From the IMG/VR virus record IMGVR_UViG_3300028805_000047: a DNA stretch of 64,000 nucleotides. One strand, written 5' to 3'. Below are positions 55,858 through 63,720 of the stretch, piece by piece. The notes beneath the pieces were generated by a model. It had not been told where the DNA came from, made no database searches, and was given only the letters and a program-made list of their open reading frames with translations. The number at the start of each line of letters is the position of its first letter. The stretch's first letter is position 1. A program made the translations under genes and the position numbers. Source of the DNA: a virus. Its lineage: Duplodnaviria; Heunggongvirae; Uroviricota; Caudoviricetes.

Positions 55858-55860
55858 GAT

Positions 55861-56157
55861 ATGGATATGATGATACTCATTCCAGCAATATTAAATTTTT
55901 TGTGTTGGACAATACATTTAAGCGCTACAAAACGTCTCAGCTTTATAAAGTTTATATTTTTTACAGCTTTGTCAATTTGCCCTGTTGTAAATATACTGTC
56001 TCTTTTTGCATTTGTACTTTGTGCTGTGCTAAGAGCGATATGTACTTCTGAATTTTTTGAAGGATCTGATTTAAACAGTCCTTTCGGATTCTCTGTTGAA
56101 TATGACGAAACAACATTAAGCGGTAAACTGATAAAATTACTTTCAAAAGACAGATAA
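55861..56157 (+). CDS. Small two-helix membrane protein, copy B of the tandem paralog pair (98 aa)
   Basis: 'ILIPAILNFLCWTIHLSATKRLSFIKF...CPVVNILSLFAFVLC...SGKLIKLLSKDR'. Confidence 0.5.
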   Translation: MDMMILIPAILNFLCWTIHLSATKRLSFIKFIFFTALSICPVVNILSLFAFVLCAVLRAICTSEFFEGSDLNSPFGFSVEYDETTLSGKLIKLLSKDR

Positions 56158-56158
56158 G

Positions 56159-56365
56159 ATGGAAAATCCTAATTTGACGTTCAAACAATTCATAACTAAT
56201 ATTTTTAAGAAACTTTCCTGTTGCCATAAGTGGGAATTGTTGACAAAAACAGAACATATTGACAAATATCATGTATCTTTACCAAACGAGAAACCGTTAG
56301 TGAAATCAACAACTTATGTGTTTACATGTAAGAAATGTGGCAAACTTCGTAAGTTTACCGTGTAA
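56159..56365 (+). CDS. Small zinc-ribbon-like protein (68 aa)
   Basis: 'CCHKWELL...CKKCGKLRKF'. Confidence 0.4.
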   Translation: MENPNLTFKQFITNIFKKLSCCHKWELLTKTEHIDKYHVSLPNEKPLVKSTTYVFTCKKCGKLRKFTV

Positions 56366-56424
56366 TTACAATTTCTCAAATCTTATAAATAATTAAGAAG
56401 GTAAAGATTTAAAATTTTTAAGCT

Positions 56425-57648
56425 ATGACAAAAATAAACTCAAAAATTATCCGTCTCGACGGCGAAATAGTCGAGTCAGCTGATGTTGTTGAAAATTTAA
56501 TAAATGCGTTTGAAGATTCTGACGCAATGTCTCAGGATATTGACGATTTACATTCAGAAGCAATTTTAACAATTCTGACACATATTAAATCATCTGATGT
56601 TGATGACAGCTATGATTTGGAATTTAGAGAATTGAAAATAACTGATATTGATTTTCCAAGCCTTAACTTGTTTTATGACAAAGCTGCATATGTTATATTA
56701 AAAACTGTAAAGACGGTATTTAAAGATGTCGTTACAATTCTTGATGCACAGCATGAGTTATTTTCACAGACATTCTATGTTCCTGAACAAATGTTTTTCA
56801 CGGCATTGAATACAAAAATGAATGTCGATATGGCATATGAACAAGATTCTGTATCTGAATCATTCTTGAATAAAGTTTATTTGACAGGTACGGAATTGAG
56901 ATACTGTGACGAGTTCGCTCTTGAATCGAAAGAAGACAGAGAAGTAATCCACAATGTAATGCACAAAAATGATGTTGCATTGTATAAGTCAAATAAAAAG
57001 GTATTTGAAGCACTTTCAAAAATGTTCAACGTTGTAAAAACAGAAAACAAGAACATCTTTAAGTTATACCATAAACCACAAGGTTCTTCTGAATATGAAA
57101 ACCTCGGTGTACGTGTACGTTGTTCAAACAGACTGCTTGCATCTGTTGACACTTTCAAAATGAAATCTGAAAGTTCTATTCTTGAACTTAACAGAGAATC
57201 AAATGAAAGCTTGAATAATTATTATAAGACTAAAATAAACCAATTGCTTAAAGAAGAGAAGAAAGCGACAATCAACATCCCTAAGAATTGTCAATCTTTG
57301 ATTCTTGAATTCCTTCCAGTTCTTTGCACGCCTGAAACTGTAAATCAATGCGAGTTGACAACAACAGGAGTTGATACGCCGAAAATGGAAATCAAGTGTA
57401 ATGAAGAATTGCCTCAGGAACTTCAAAATAAGGTAAAAGACGCTATTGACAAAGCAAAATCAATCTACAATTCAAATGAGAGTGCTAAGAAAATTGTTAC
57501 GATGTACTATCAGATTAAAGAACTTTTGAAAGGTCTTACAGAAGATCAAGTTCGTAAAATGTCTCCTTTTGAACAGGATGAGATGATTTGGAATCTTTTA
57601 GCTATTAAGAATTCAAGTCAAAATAATGAAGAAGGCATGGTAGGTTAA
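56425..57648 (+). CDS. Hypothetical protein (407 aa)
   Basis: ORF tiling; followed by a terminator. Confidence 0.5.
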   Translation: MTKINSKIIRLDGEIVESADVVENLINAFEDSDAMSQDIDDLHSEAILTILTHIKSSDVDDSYDLEFRELKITDIDFPSLNLFYDKAAYVILKTVKTVFKDVVTILDAQHELFSQTFYVPEQMFFTALNTKMNVDMAYEQDSVSESFLNKVYLTGTELRYCDEFALESKEDREVIHNVMHKNDVALYKSNKKVFEALSKMFNVVKTENKNIFKLYHKPQGSSEYENLGVRVRCSNRLLASVDTFKMKSESSILELNRESNESLNNYYKTKINQLLKEEKKATINIPKNCQSLILEFLPVLCTPETVNQCELTTTGVDTPKMEIKCNEELPQELQNKVKDAIDKAKSIYNSNESAKKIVTMYYQIKELLKGLTEDQVRKMSPFEQDEMIWNLLAIKNSSQNNEEGMVG

Positions 57649-57673
57649 TTTATAGCCTACCATTCTTTATTTT
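57637..57673 (+). terminator. Rho-independent terminator overlapping the stop codon
   Basis: ATGGTAGG/CCTACCAT 8-bp stem, 11-nt loop, TCTTTATTTT tail. Confidence 0.7.
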
Positions 57674-57762
57674 CAGCATTTCGTTGTTTCTTATATAAGG
57701 AGTTTATTTAAGCTCCTATAATTGAAATTACACACTATAAAATACTAAACGGAACTAATAGT

Positions 57763-58884
57763 ATGATAAGCATTGAAAACAATGATTGGAAAGTTTGTCT
57801 TACAGAAAGTTATGACGGCTATAATCAGATAAGTTTTGTAAATGGAGTAGAAACAACAGATGGAGGAACACATGTAGACTATGTAATAAATGAAATTATT
57901 AAAAAATATAAAGCCTTGTTTGATAAGAAGAACAAGTGCAATGTTCCCCGTTCGCTAATTATTCTTAATTTTTTCATATTCATCAGTGCGACTGTAAAGA
58001 ATCCAAAATTCAGCTCGCAGACAAAGACTAAATTGGTTTCATCTTCTTCAGACTTCTATAATCCTATTGAAATTACTGACAAGTTCATAAAGGAATTATA
58101 TAAGTCAGAGATAACAAACCTTTTACTTGACATGCTTGCAAAGAAGAACGAGGCTGATGAACGGACGTCGCTCAGAAAACTTAATTCACAGCTGAAACGG
58201 CTTTCAGTAAAGAAACTTGTCGACTGCTCTCTTGCTGGAAAGGACAATATCAATACAAGCCTTTCAATAACTGAAGGTGATTCTGCGTCTGCAGGTTTCA
58301 GGAAATTCAGATCTGCCAAGACACAAGCTTTATATCCTATAAGGGGTAAATTATTGAATGTCAGATGTGCGAATAATTCCAAAATATACGCATCTGAAGA
58401 ACTGAAAGGAATTATGTCAGCTATGGGGCTTAAAATAGGCGAAGATCCGTTTAAGGATGGAAAATGCTCGCTCAGGATTGGTGAAATTAGAATATACTCT
58501 GATGCTGATACAGATGGCTCGCATATTGCTGGACTTATTTTGAATTTCGTCGCAAAATACTGGCCGTCGATGATAAAGAACCACAGACTTGCAAGAGTCA
58601 ATACACCGATTATAAAAGCGACAAATACAAAAAACAAATCTGAACAATACAGGTTTTACTACTTAAATGAATATAAGGAATGGGAAAAGACACATCAGGC
58701 TTCAAAGTATGCGATAGAATACTACAAGGGCCTTGGTGCACTTGACGACAAAGAATATCAAGAAATCGTTCAGAATCCGAATATCTATTATTATGAGTTG
58801 GATGATGTATATGAGGAGGAATTGGATATTTGGTTTGGTGACGACGCGGATAAAAGAAAGGAAAAAATGTCAAAAACAATTTAA
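57763..58884 (+). CDS. Type II topoisomerase ATPase-subunit fragment: C-terminal transducer and TOPRIM domains only (GyrB / T4 gp39-gp60-like); the GHKL ATPase domain is not encoded here
   Basis: 'NPKFSSQTKTKLVSS' (E. coli GyrB 'DPKFSSQTKDKLVSS'), 'SITEGDSASAGFRKFRSAKTQALYPIRGKLLNV' (TOPRIM EGDSAGG...PL+GKILNV) and 'IYSDADTDGSHIAGL'. The ORF begins mid-transducer ('SFVNGVETTDGGTHV'). Confidence 0.8.
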   Translation: MISIENNDWKVCLTESYDGYNQISFVNGVETTDGGTHVDYVINEIIKKYKALFDKKNKCNVPRSLIILNFFIFISATVKNPKFSSQTKTKLVSSSSDFYNPIEITDKFIKELYKSEITNLLLDMLAKKNEADERTSLRKLNSQLKRLSVKKLVDCSLAGKDNINTSLSITEGDSASAGFRKFRSAKTQALYPIRGKLLNVRCANNSKIYASEELKGIMSAMGLKIGEDPFKDGKCSLRIGEIRIYSDADTDGSHIAGLILNFVAKYWPSMIKNHRLARVNTPIIKATNTKNKSEQYRFYYLNEYKEWEKTHQASKYAIEYYKGLGALDDKEYQEIVQNPNIYYYELDDVYEEELDIWFGDDADKRKEKMSKTI

Positions 58885-59050
58885 TTTTTGTGAGTATGTC
58901 AGAGACAGAAGCAATTACAAAACGCCAGAAAAAATTGTCTGATAATAAGGATTCTATGAAAGTAGTCGTAAAAGTCAGCAATATTTTTTCAGATATTAAG
59001 AACTCAAACCAAGAAAAATTAAAAGTAACTGTTTAAAATTATAATTACAA

Positions 59051-60355
59051 ATGGACAACACAGATTCACATACGGAAGTCGTAATACTTTCATATATTGT
59101 ACAGAATCCAAATTATTTGAAGTTCCTGACTAAGAATATGTTTAGTTTCGACCTTCTTAACACAATAGTTGAAGAAATCAAAACCTTCTACTATGAGTTT
59201 AAGGAAATGCCGACTGAGACACAGTTAAGGAACCAAATGACTTTAAAGAACGGAGATGATCTTGACTTTGATGTCACACAGGCAATATCTGAAATATACA
59301 ATCACGATTATATCGAGGATGAATGGTGTCAGAAAACTACACAAGGATTTATTCAGTCAGTGACATTGAAGAAGAATATGACAAAGGCTGCTGAATACCT
59401 TAGTTCTATTGATATTTCTTTAAGTAATGCGGATGAGGCAGTCAATAAGGCACTTGATATGATTGATGCTACAAGGCAGATAAATTTCGATACCAATTTA
59501 GGTTCGAATTTCTTTGATCCTGAATCACACAAGCCTAAAAAACTGCAAACTGTACCTTATACGTTTTCAAGTATTGACAGAGCTATCGGCGGAATAGAAG
59601 TCGGTACGCTTACGGTATATCTTGGTGTTACAAATGTTGGTAAATCTGTATTTTTGTGTAATGATGCAGCATTTTATGTAAAGCAAGGTAAGAATGTGTT
59701 ATACATAACTTGTGAAATGTCAGAACAAAGAATTGGAGCACGTATTGCAAGAAACTTACTGAATTTGACAGGAGAAGAGTATGAGGCGATTTGTGAATCC
59801 AAATCTGGCATAAAACGAGAAATGGACAAATTTAAAACCTCGATGCTTAATAGGACCGGTAATCTTTGGATAAAGCAATATCCGCAAGGTACCTGTACCA
59901 CAATCGATATTGATAATTATATCAAAACGATTGAAGATAAAGAAGGATTTAAGGTCCATGTGGTTCTTGTCGACTATATCGGGATTATGGCGAATTACAG
60001 GAGCATGAATTCTGATAATACTTATAACTCCTTGAAATACATATCACAAGACCTAAGAGCAGTTGCAGTGAAGCAACAAGTTTCAGTAATAACAGCCTGT
60101 CAGCTTAACAGAGGTGCTTATGATTCTATGAATGATGTGGAAATTAAGAATATTTCAGAATCAAAAGCAGTTGCCGACAACTCTGACACAATTCTTGGTA
60201 TTATTCAGAATGATGCAATGAGAGAGGATAATACATATAAGTTAAAACCTGTCAAAGTCCGTGATGGAAAACGAGGAGACATTTATTGTAAGATTGATGT
60301 CGACTATGACAAAATGCAACTGTCTGAAAGACTTTTTGATGATGACGAAGAGTAA
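59051..60355 (+). CDS. DnaB-family replicative helicase (T4 gp41-like)
   Basis: Walker A 'LGVTNVGKSVFLCN', H2 'VVLVDYIGIM', H3 'ITACQLNRGAY'. N-terminal helical domain. Confidence 0.75.
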   Translation: MDNTDSHTEVVILSYIVQNPNYLKFLTKNMFSFDLLNTIVEEIKTFYYEFKEMPTETQLRNQMTLKNGDDLDFDVTQAISEIYNHDYIEDEWCQKTTQGFIQSVTLKKNMTKAAEYLSSIDISLSNADEAVNKALDMIDATRQINFDTNLGSNFFDPESHKPKKLQTVPYTFSSIDRAIGGIEVGTLTVYLGVTNVGKSVFLCNDAAFYVKQGKNVLYITCEMSEQRIGARIARNLLNLTGEEYEAICESKSGIKREMDKFKTSMLNRTGNLWIKQYPQGTCTTIDIDNYIKTIEDKEGFKVHVVLVDYIGIMANYRSMNSDNTYNSLKYISQDLRAVAVKQQVSVITACQLNRGAYDSMNDVEIKNISESKAVADNSDTILGIIQNDAMREDNTYKLKPVKVRDGKRGDIYCKIDVDYDKMQLSERLFDDDEE

Positions 60356-60380
60356 GGTATTTTTATTAAAAATTTAAAAC

Positions 60381-61097
60381 ATGGATGTAATTTTACCTTT
60401 ACACAGTGACATTTCAAAAACTGCACTACAAGACAATCTTGAAGCAAAATTTTGCATATACGGACTTTTTAAGAATTTCAAAGACTTAAACAGGTTGTTT
60501 ATTGTTACAAACACTGAAGTAGAGATAGATTCTATCAATTCTGAGGGTATTATAGACAAATCAAGGATAATATATGTAAATAGGGGAGATGATTGCGCAC
60601 AGGCGAAAGATGCTGTAATTATTGATAAGATTGCAGCAGTCATTTCAGCATATCCTGATTTATCTGAAGATTTTTTATTTATTTCAGATGACCAGCTTTT
60701 CATAAAACCTACTTATGCTTATGAAATCGTACCTTTAATAAGGGAAGGTATTACAGGTTCTGGAATTTATAGGAGACGAGTACAAAACACGCTTAACAGG
60801 TTTGAGAATCCAAAACTTATGGAACCTCACCAGCCAAATATCTTTAATAAGACAATGTTCAAGAAAATGATAAGTGAAATTGACTATATTAAAGAATTTG
60901 AATCAGTTGTAATTTATACATTATATTTCAACTATGTGAAAGAAGATGTCTTTACGTCTTGTCCAATATATTATCATGTCGGTGTTGAGGATGATAAGAT
61001 AATTCCTGATAATTGTAAAATTCTTGCATTCTGGAATGGTGCATTCAAGGATACAAAGTATAGGAACTTAATTAAAGAAAAATTATTTTCAAAATAA
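60381..61097 (+). CDS. Hypothetical protein (238 aa)
   Basis: ORF tiling. Confidence 0.45.
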   Translation: MDVILPLHSDISKTALQDNLEAKFCIYGLFKNFKDLNRLFIVTNTEVEIDSINSEGIIDKSRIIYVNRGDDCAQAKDAVIIDKIAAVISAYPDLSEDFLFISDDQLFIKPTYAYEIVPLIREGITGSGIYRRRVQNTLNRFENPKLMEPHQPNIFNKTMFKKMISEIDYIKEFESVVIYTLYFNYVKEDVFTSCPIYYHVGVEDDKIIPDNCKILAFWNGAFKDTKYRNLIKEKLFSK

Positions 61098-61118
61098 TTT
61101 GAAAATTTTCTAATGATT

Positions 61119-61147
61119 TTAATTCAACTTTCAAAAACTTGTATTAT
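61119..61147 (+). promoter_or_regulatory. Diverged copy of the conserved promoter element (TTAATT-N17-TATTAT)
   Basis: Spacer and -10 are conserved, -35 is degenerate. Followed by a TATAAATA-like box ('ttataaatatatcat') at about 61185. Confidence 0.4.
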
Positions 61148-61229
61148 ATTTACCTTAACAAATTAAATAACAGAGTTAAACAAATAATTATAAATATATC
61201 ATAATATAAGTTAAGCCTTAAAAAAGATT

Positions 61230-62072
61230 ATGGAAAATTTAAAGACTTTTAGAAGTTTCATCAATGAAGCAGCTTCAATAGAAAAAGGTTCTGACGGAAT
61301 ATATCACCCTCAAAATAAAGAAGAATTAAAATCACTTATTAAACAGCTTATAGAAGAAAGAGGTTATGAAGGTGATTTTAATGATATAGATACATCTGCA
61401 TTGACTGATTTTAGAGGTGTGTTCTATGAAATGAAATCTTTTAATGGTGACATTTCCAAATGGAATGTTAGTAATGCTACAGATATGTATGGCATGTTTC
61501 AACGGGCAGAAAGTTTCAATAGAGATATATCTAAATGGAATGTGAGTAAAGTACGAGAGATGGGATGTATGTTCTGTGATGCCTATGCTTTCAATCAACC
61601 TATAGGTGGTTGGGATGTACATAATGTGTTCGATATGGCATATATGTTCTGTAATGCTAAAAATTTTAATCAAGACCTCAATTCATGGAATCTTGACAGT
61701 GCTGATATGGTTAACGGTATGTTTAAAGGAGCTACACATTTTAATCAAGACTTGAATAAATGGAATATGTCTAAAATACATTCTACACATGCTATGTTTG
61801 CCTATGCAGAAAACTTTAATGGTGATATATCTACATGGGATGTTCGTCGAGTTGAAGACATGCATGACATGTTTCTTCATGCAATAGAATTTAACGGAGC
61901 AATTGGAAATTGGAATGTGTCAAATGTAAAAACAATGGTTGGAATGTTTGCGTATGCGAAGTGCTTTAACCAAGACTTGAGAGACTGGAATATTGACAAT
62001 GTAAAATACTACAATTATATGTTTGAAGGTTGTTCTATTAAAGATGTGTACAAGCCTAAGTTCAAAAACTAA
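61230..62072 (+). CDS. CTS-module protein with DUF285/BspA-like repeats (280 aa)
   Basis: 'MENLKTFRSFINEAASIEKGSDGIYHPQ...GDFNDIDTS', then about eight 'FN.DIS.WNVS.V..M..MF' repeats. Confidence 0.6.
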   Translation: MENLKTFRSFINEAASIEKGSDGIYHPQNKEELKSLIKQLIEERGYEGDFNDIDTSALTDFRGVFYEMKSFNGDISKWNVSNATDMYGMFQRAESFNRDISKWNVSKVREMGCMFCDAYAFNQPIGGWDVHNVFDMAYMFCNAKNFNQDLNSWNLDSADMVNGMFKGATHFNQDLNKWNMSKIHSTHAMFAYAENFNGDISTWDVRRVEDMHDMFLHAIEFNGAIGNWNVSNVKTMVGMFAYAKCFNQDLRDWNIDNVKYYNYMFEGCSIKDVYKPKFKN

Positions 62073-62122
62073 ATTTCAATAAATTATATAACAACCAAAA
62101 TGATAAATTTTTGTAAAAACAC

Positions 62123-62151
62123 TTGACTTTTCTAAATACAATCTATATATT
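62123..62151 (+). promoter_or_regulatory. Near-consensus sigma70 promoter TTGACT-N17-TATATT in an otherwise non-coding 250-bp region
   Basis: Exact 17-nt spacer, followed by two stem-loops (62204..62220 and 62224..62258) and no ORF until 62323. Confidence 0.45.
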
Positions 62152-62157
62152 GCAAAT

Positions 62158-62262
62158 ATGAAAAGTAGTTGATGAGTCTTACATAGGTGAGATAGTCAAT
62201 AGAGGCTGGTTGTTCCAGCCGGTAAAGTTTAGAAATCTGTATCAAATTCCTAAACTTTATAA
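62158..62262 (+). ncRNA. Candidate small structured RNA (about 100 nt) downstream of the sigma70-like promoter
   Basis: Hairpins GGCTGG-ttgtt-CCAGCC and AAAGTTTAG-17 nt-CTAAACTTT. No coding potential. A 3' U-tract is not clean. Confidence 0.25.
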
Positions 62263-62322
62263 ATAAATTCGTATAATTGGTAATAATTTTAATAGGATTT
62301 AGAACATTTTAATATAAAAATT

Positions 62323-63282
62323 ATGGAAAATTTAAAAACTTTCAGAAATTTCATCAATGAAGCAGTTTCAATAGAAAAAGGTACTGATGGTATGTATCAT
62401 CCTAAAAGTAAAGATGAGCTTGAAGCACTTATAGAACAGTTGATAAGTGAAAGAGGTAATGAAGGTGATTTCAATGACATTGACACTTCTCTTGTCACAG
62501 ACATGAACTACTTGTTCTTTCAGAAGAATGACTTCAACGGTGACATAAGCAAGTGGGACACTAGCAATGTCACAGACATGAGTGCGATGTTCTGCCAATG
62601 TGACAAGTTCAACTGTGACATCTCTGGCTGGGACACTAGCAATGTCACGAACATGAACTCAATGTTCACTTGGTGCAAAGAGTTCAACCAAGACATCAGC
62701 AACTGGAACACAAGGAATGTGAAGAGCATCTCAAACATGTTCTTCAGAGCAGAGAAGTTCAATCAGCCAGTCGGAAAGTGGGACACGGGGAATGTCAAAG
62801 ACATGAGCCACACATTTGAGTATGCGCTATCTTTCAATCAAGACTTGAGCAAGTGGAGCACGAAGAAAGTGAAGACTATGGAGAAGATGTTCTATGAAGC
62901 GAAAGCGTTCAACAGCGATGTGACAACTTGGGACACTAAGAATGTGAAAGATTTCAACGGAATGTTCTGTGGAGCAAGCTCTTTCAATCAAGACATAAGT
63001 AAGTGGAACACAAGCAAAGCGATTGACATGTGTGGAATGTTCTGCAATGCAACTTCTTTCAACCAAGACATCTCTTGTTGGGACACGAGCAATGTAGAAG
63101 GCGTCTATGAGATGTTCTGGGGAGCAAAAAGCTTTGATCAAGACTTGAGCGGATGGAAGCTTGAGAAAGTCGATAGCTGGATTGACAAGATGTTTGACCA
63201 CGACTACAAGAACGGAATGCCACGCAAATATGTCGAGATGAGTGGAGCTTTCATGAACATGTTCAAAAATCTTCGAAGATAA
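62323..63282 (+). CDS. CTS-module protein with DUF285/BspA-like repeats (319 aa); chimeric, with an AT-rich native N-terminal module and a GC-richer repeat body
   Basis: 'MENLKTFRNFINEAVSIEKGTDGMYHPK...GDFNDIDTS', then repeats. From about 62480 codon usage switches to C/G-ending codons (AAC, AAG, TTC, GAC, ATC), unlike every other gene in the window. Confidence 0.6.
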   Translation: MENLKTFRNFINEAVSIEKGTDGMYHPKSKDELEALIEQLISERGNEGDFNDIDTSLVTDMNYLFFQKNDFNGDISKWDTSNVTDMSAMFCQCDKFNCDISGWDTSNVTNMNSMFTWCKEFNQDISNWNTRNVKSISNMFFRAEKFNQPVGKWDTGNVKDMSHTFEYALSFNQDLSKWSTKKVKTMEKMFYEAKAFNSDVTTWDTKNVKDFNGMFCGASSFNQDISKWNTSKAIDMCGMFCNATSFNQDISCWDTSNVEGVYEMFWGAKSFDQDLSGWKLEKVDSWIDKMFDHDYKNGMPRKYVEMSGAFMNMFKNLRR

Positions 63283-63318
63283 TTAAAGAAGAATATAAAC
63301 CTCATTTTAATTAAAATT

Positions 63319-63660
63319 ATGGAATTTAAGACATTCAATACATTTATAAACGAATCATCTAAACATATGAAAACTTTTGCAGAACTTAAAAGAGGTAATT
63401 ACATTTATTACTATTCAGGTAACTTAAAAGCAGCTAAGCAGCTTAGATTCAAAAAACTAGAAGGTAAAAATCTATTTTTTACTTTCGACGGTGAAGAGTT
63501 TTATTTTAGTATTAAAGATGTTGATACAGGAGTTTGTGCAAACCTTAACACAAGGACAATGATTAAACGACGTTATATCATTTGTACCGATAAAACTGAA
63601 TTCATTGAACGACTTAGTAAAATAGGTGTCAATATTACAGACAAAGACATTATAAAATAA
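63319..63660 (+). CDS. Small protein with a CTS-like N-terminus (MEFKTFNTFINESS) (113 aa)
   Basis: N-terminal motif similarity; followed by a bidirectional terminator. Confidence 0.45.
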   Translation: MEFKTFNTFINESSKHMKTFAELKRGNYIYYYSGNLKAAKQLRFKKLEGKNLFFTFDGEEFYFSIKDVDTGVCANLNTRTMIKRRYIICTDKTEFIERLSKIGVNITDKDIIK

Positions 63661-63682
63661 TCATTTTTATATAGTCAATTAC

Positions 63683-63720
63683 AAATGCCTCTTATTAGCT
63701 TTAATGAGAGGCATTTTTAT
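63683..63720. terminator. Bidirectional rho-independent terminator between convergent genes
   Basis: AAATGCCTCT/AGAGGCATTT 10-bp stem, flanked by A-run and T-run. Confidence 0.7.

Noticed and set aside
56159-56365. N-terminus 'MENPNLTFKQFITNIF' resembles the CTS module.
   Set aside because: It lacks the I-x-E-A cleavage context and the conserved continuation. Similarity is too weak to add to the family.
57649-57762. A possible group I intron or intein immediately upstream of the truncated topoisomerase ORF.
   Set aside because: At 114 nt it is too short for an intron with an ORF, and the preceding ORF ends at a terminator with no topoisomerase similarity. Split-gene interpretation kept as a finding, not a feature.
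62158-62262. Hairpin GGCTGG-ttgtt-CCAGCC considered as a tRNA T-arm.
   Set aside because: The loop lacks the TTCRA consensus and no cloverleaf can be drawn. Kept only as a low-confidence sRNA candidate.
112-63201. Many short ORFs nested in or antisense to long genes (for example 112..300-, 177..389-, 4345..4753, 5917..6111, 7391..7894+, 9355..9789+, 45511..48504-, 61332..61880-, 62368..63201-).
   Set aside because: They overlap well-supported genes on the opposite strand or in another frame, lack start context, and are the expected by-product of AT-rich sequence. In 62368..63201 they arise from the GC-rich codon bias of the chimera. Not reported as features.
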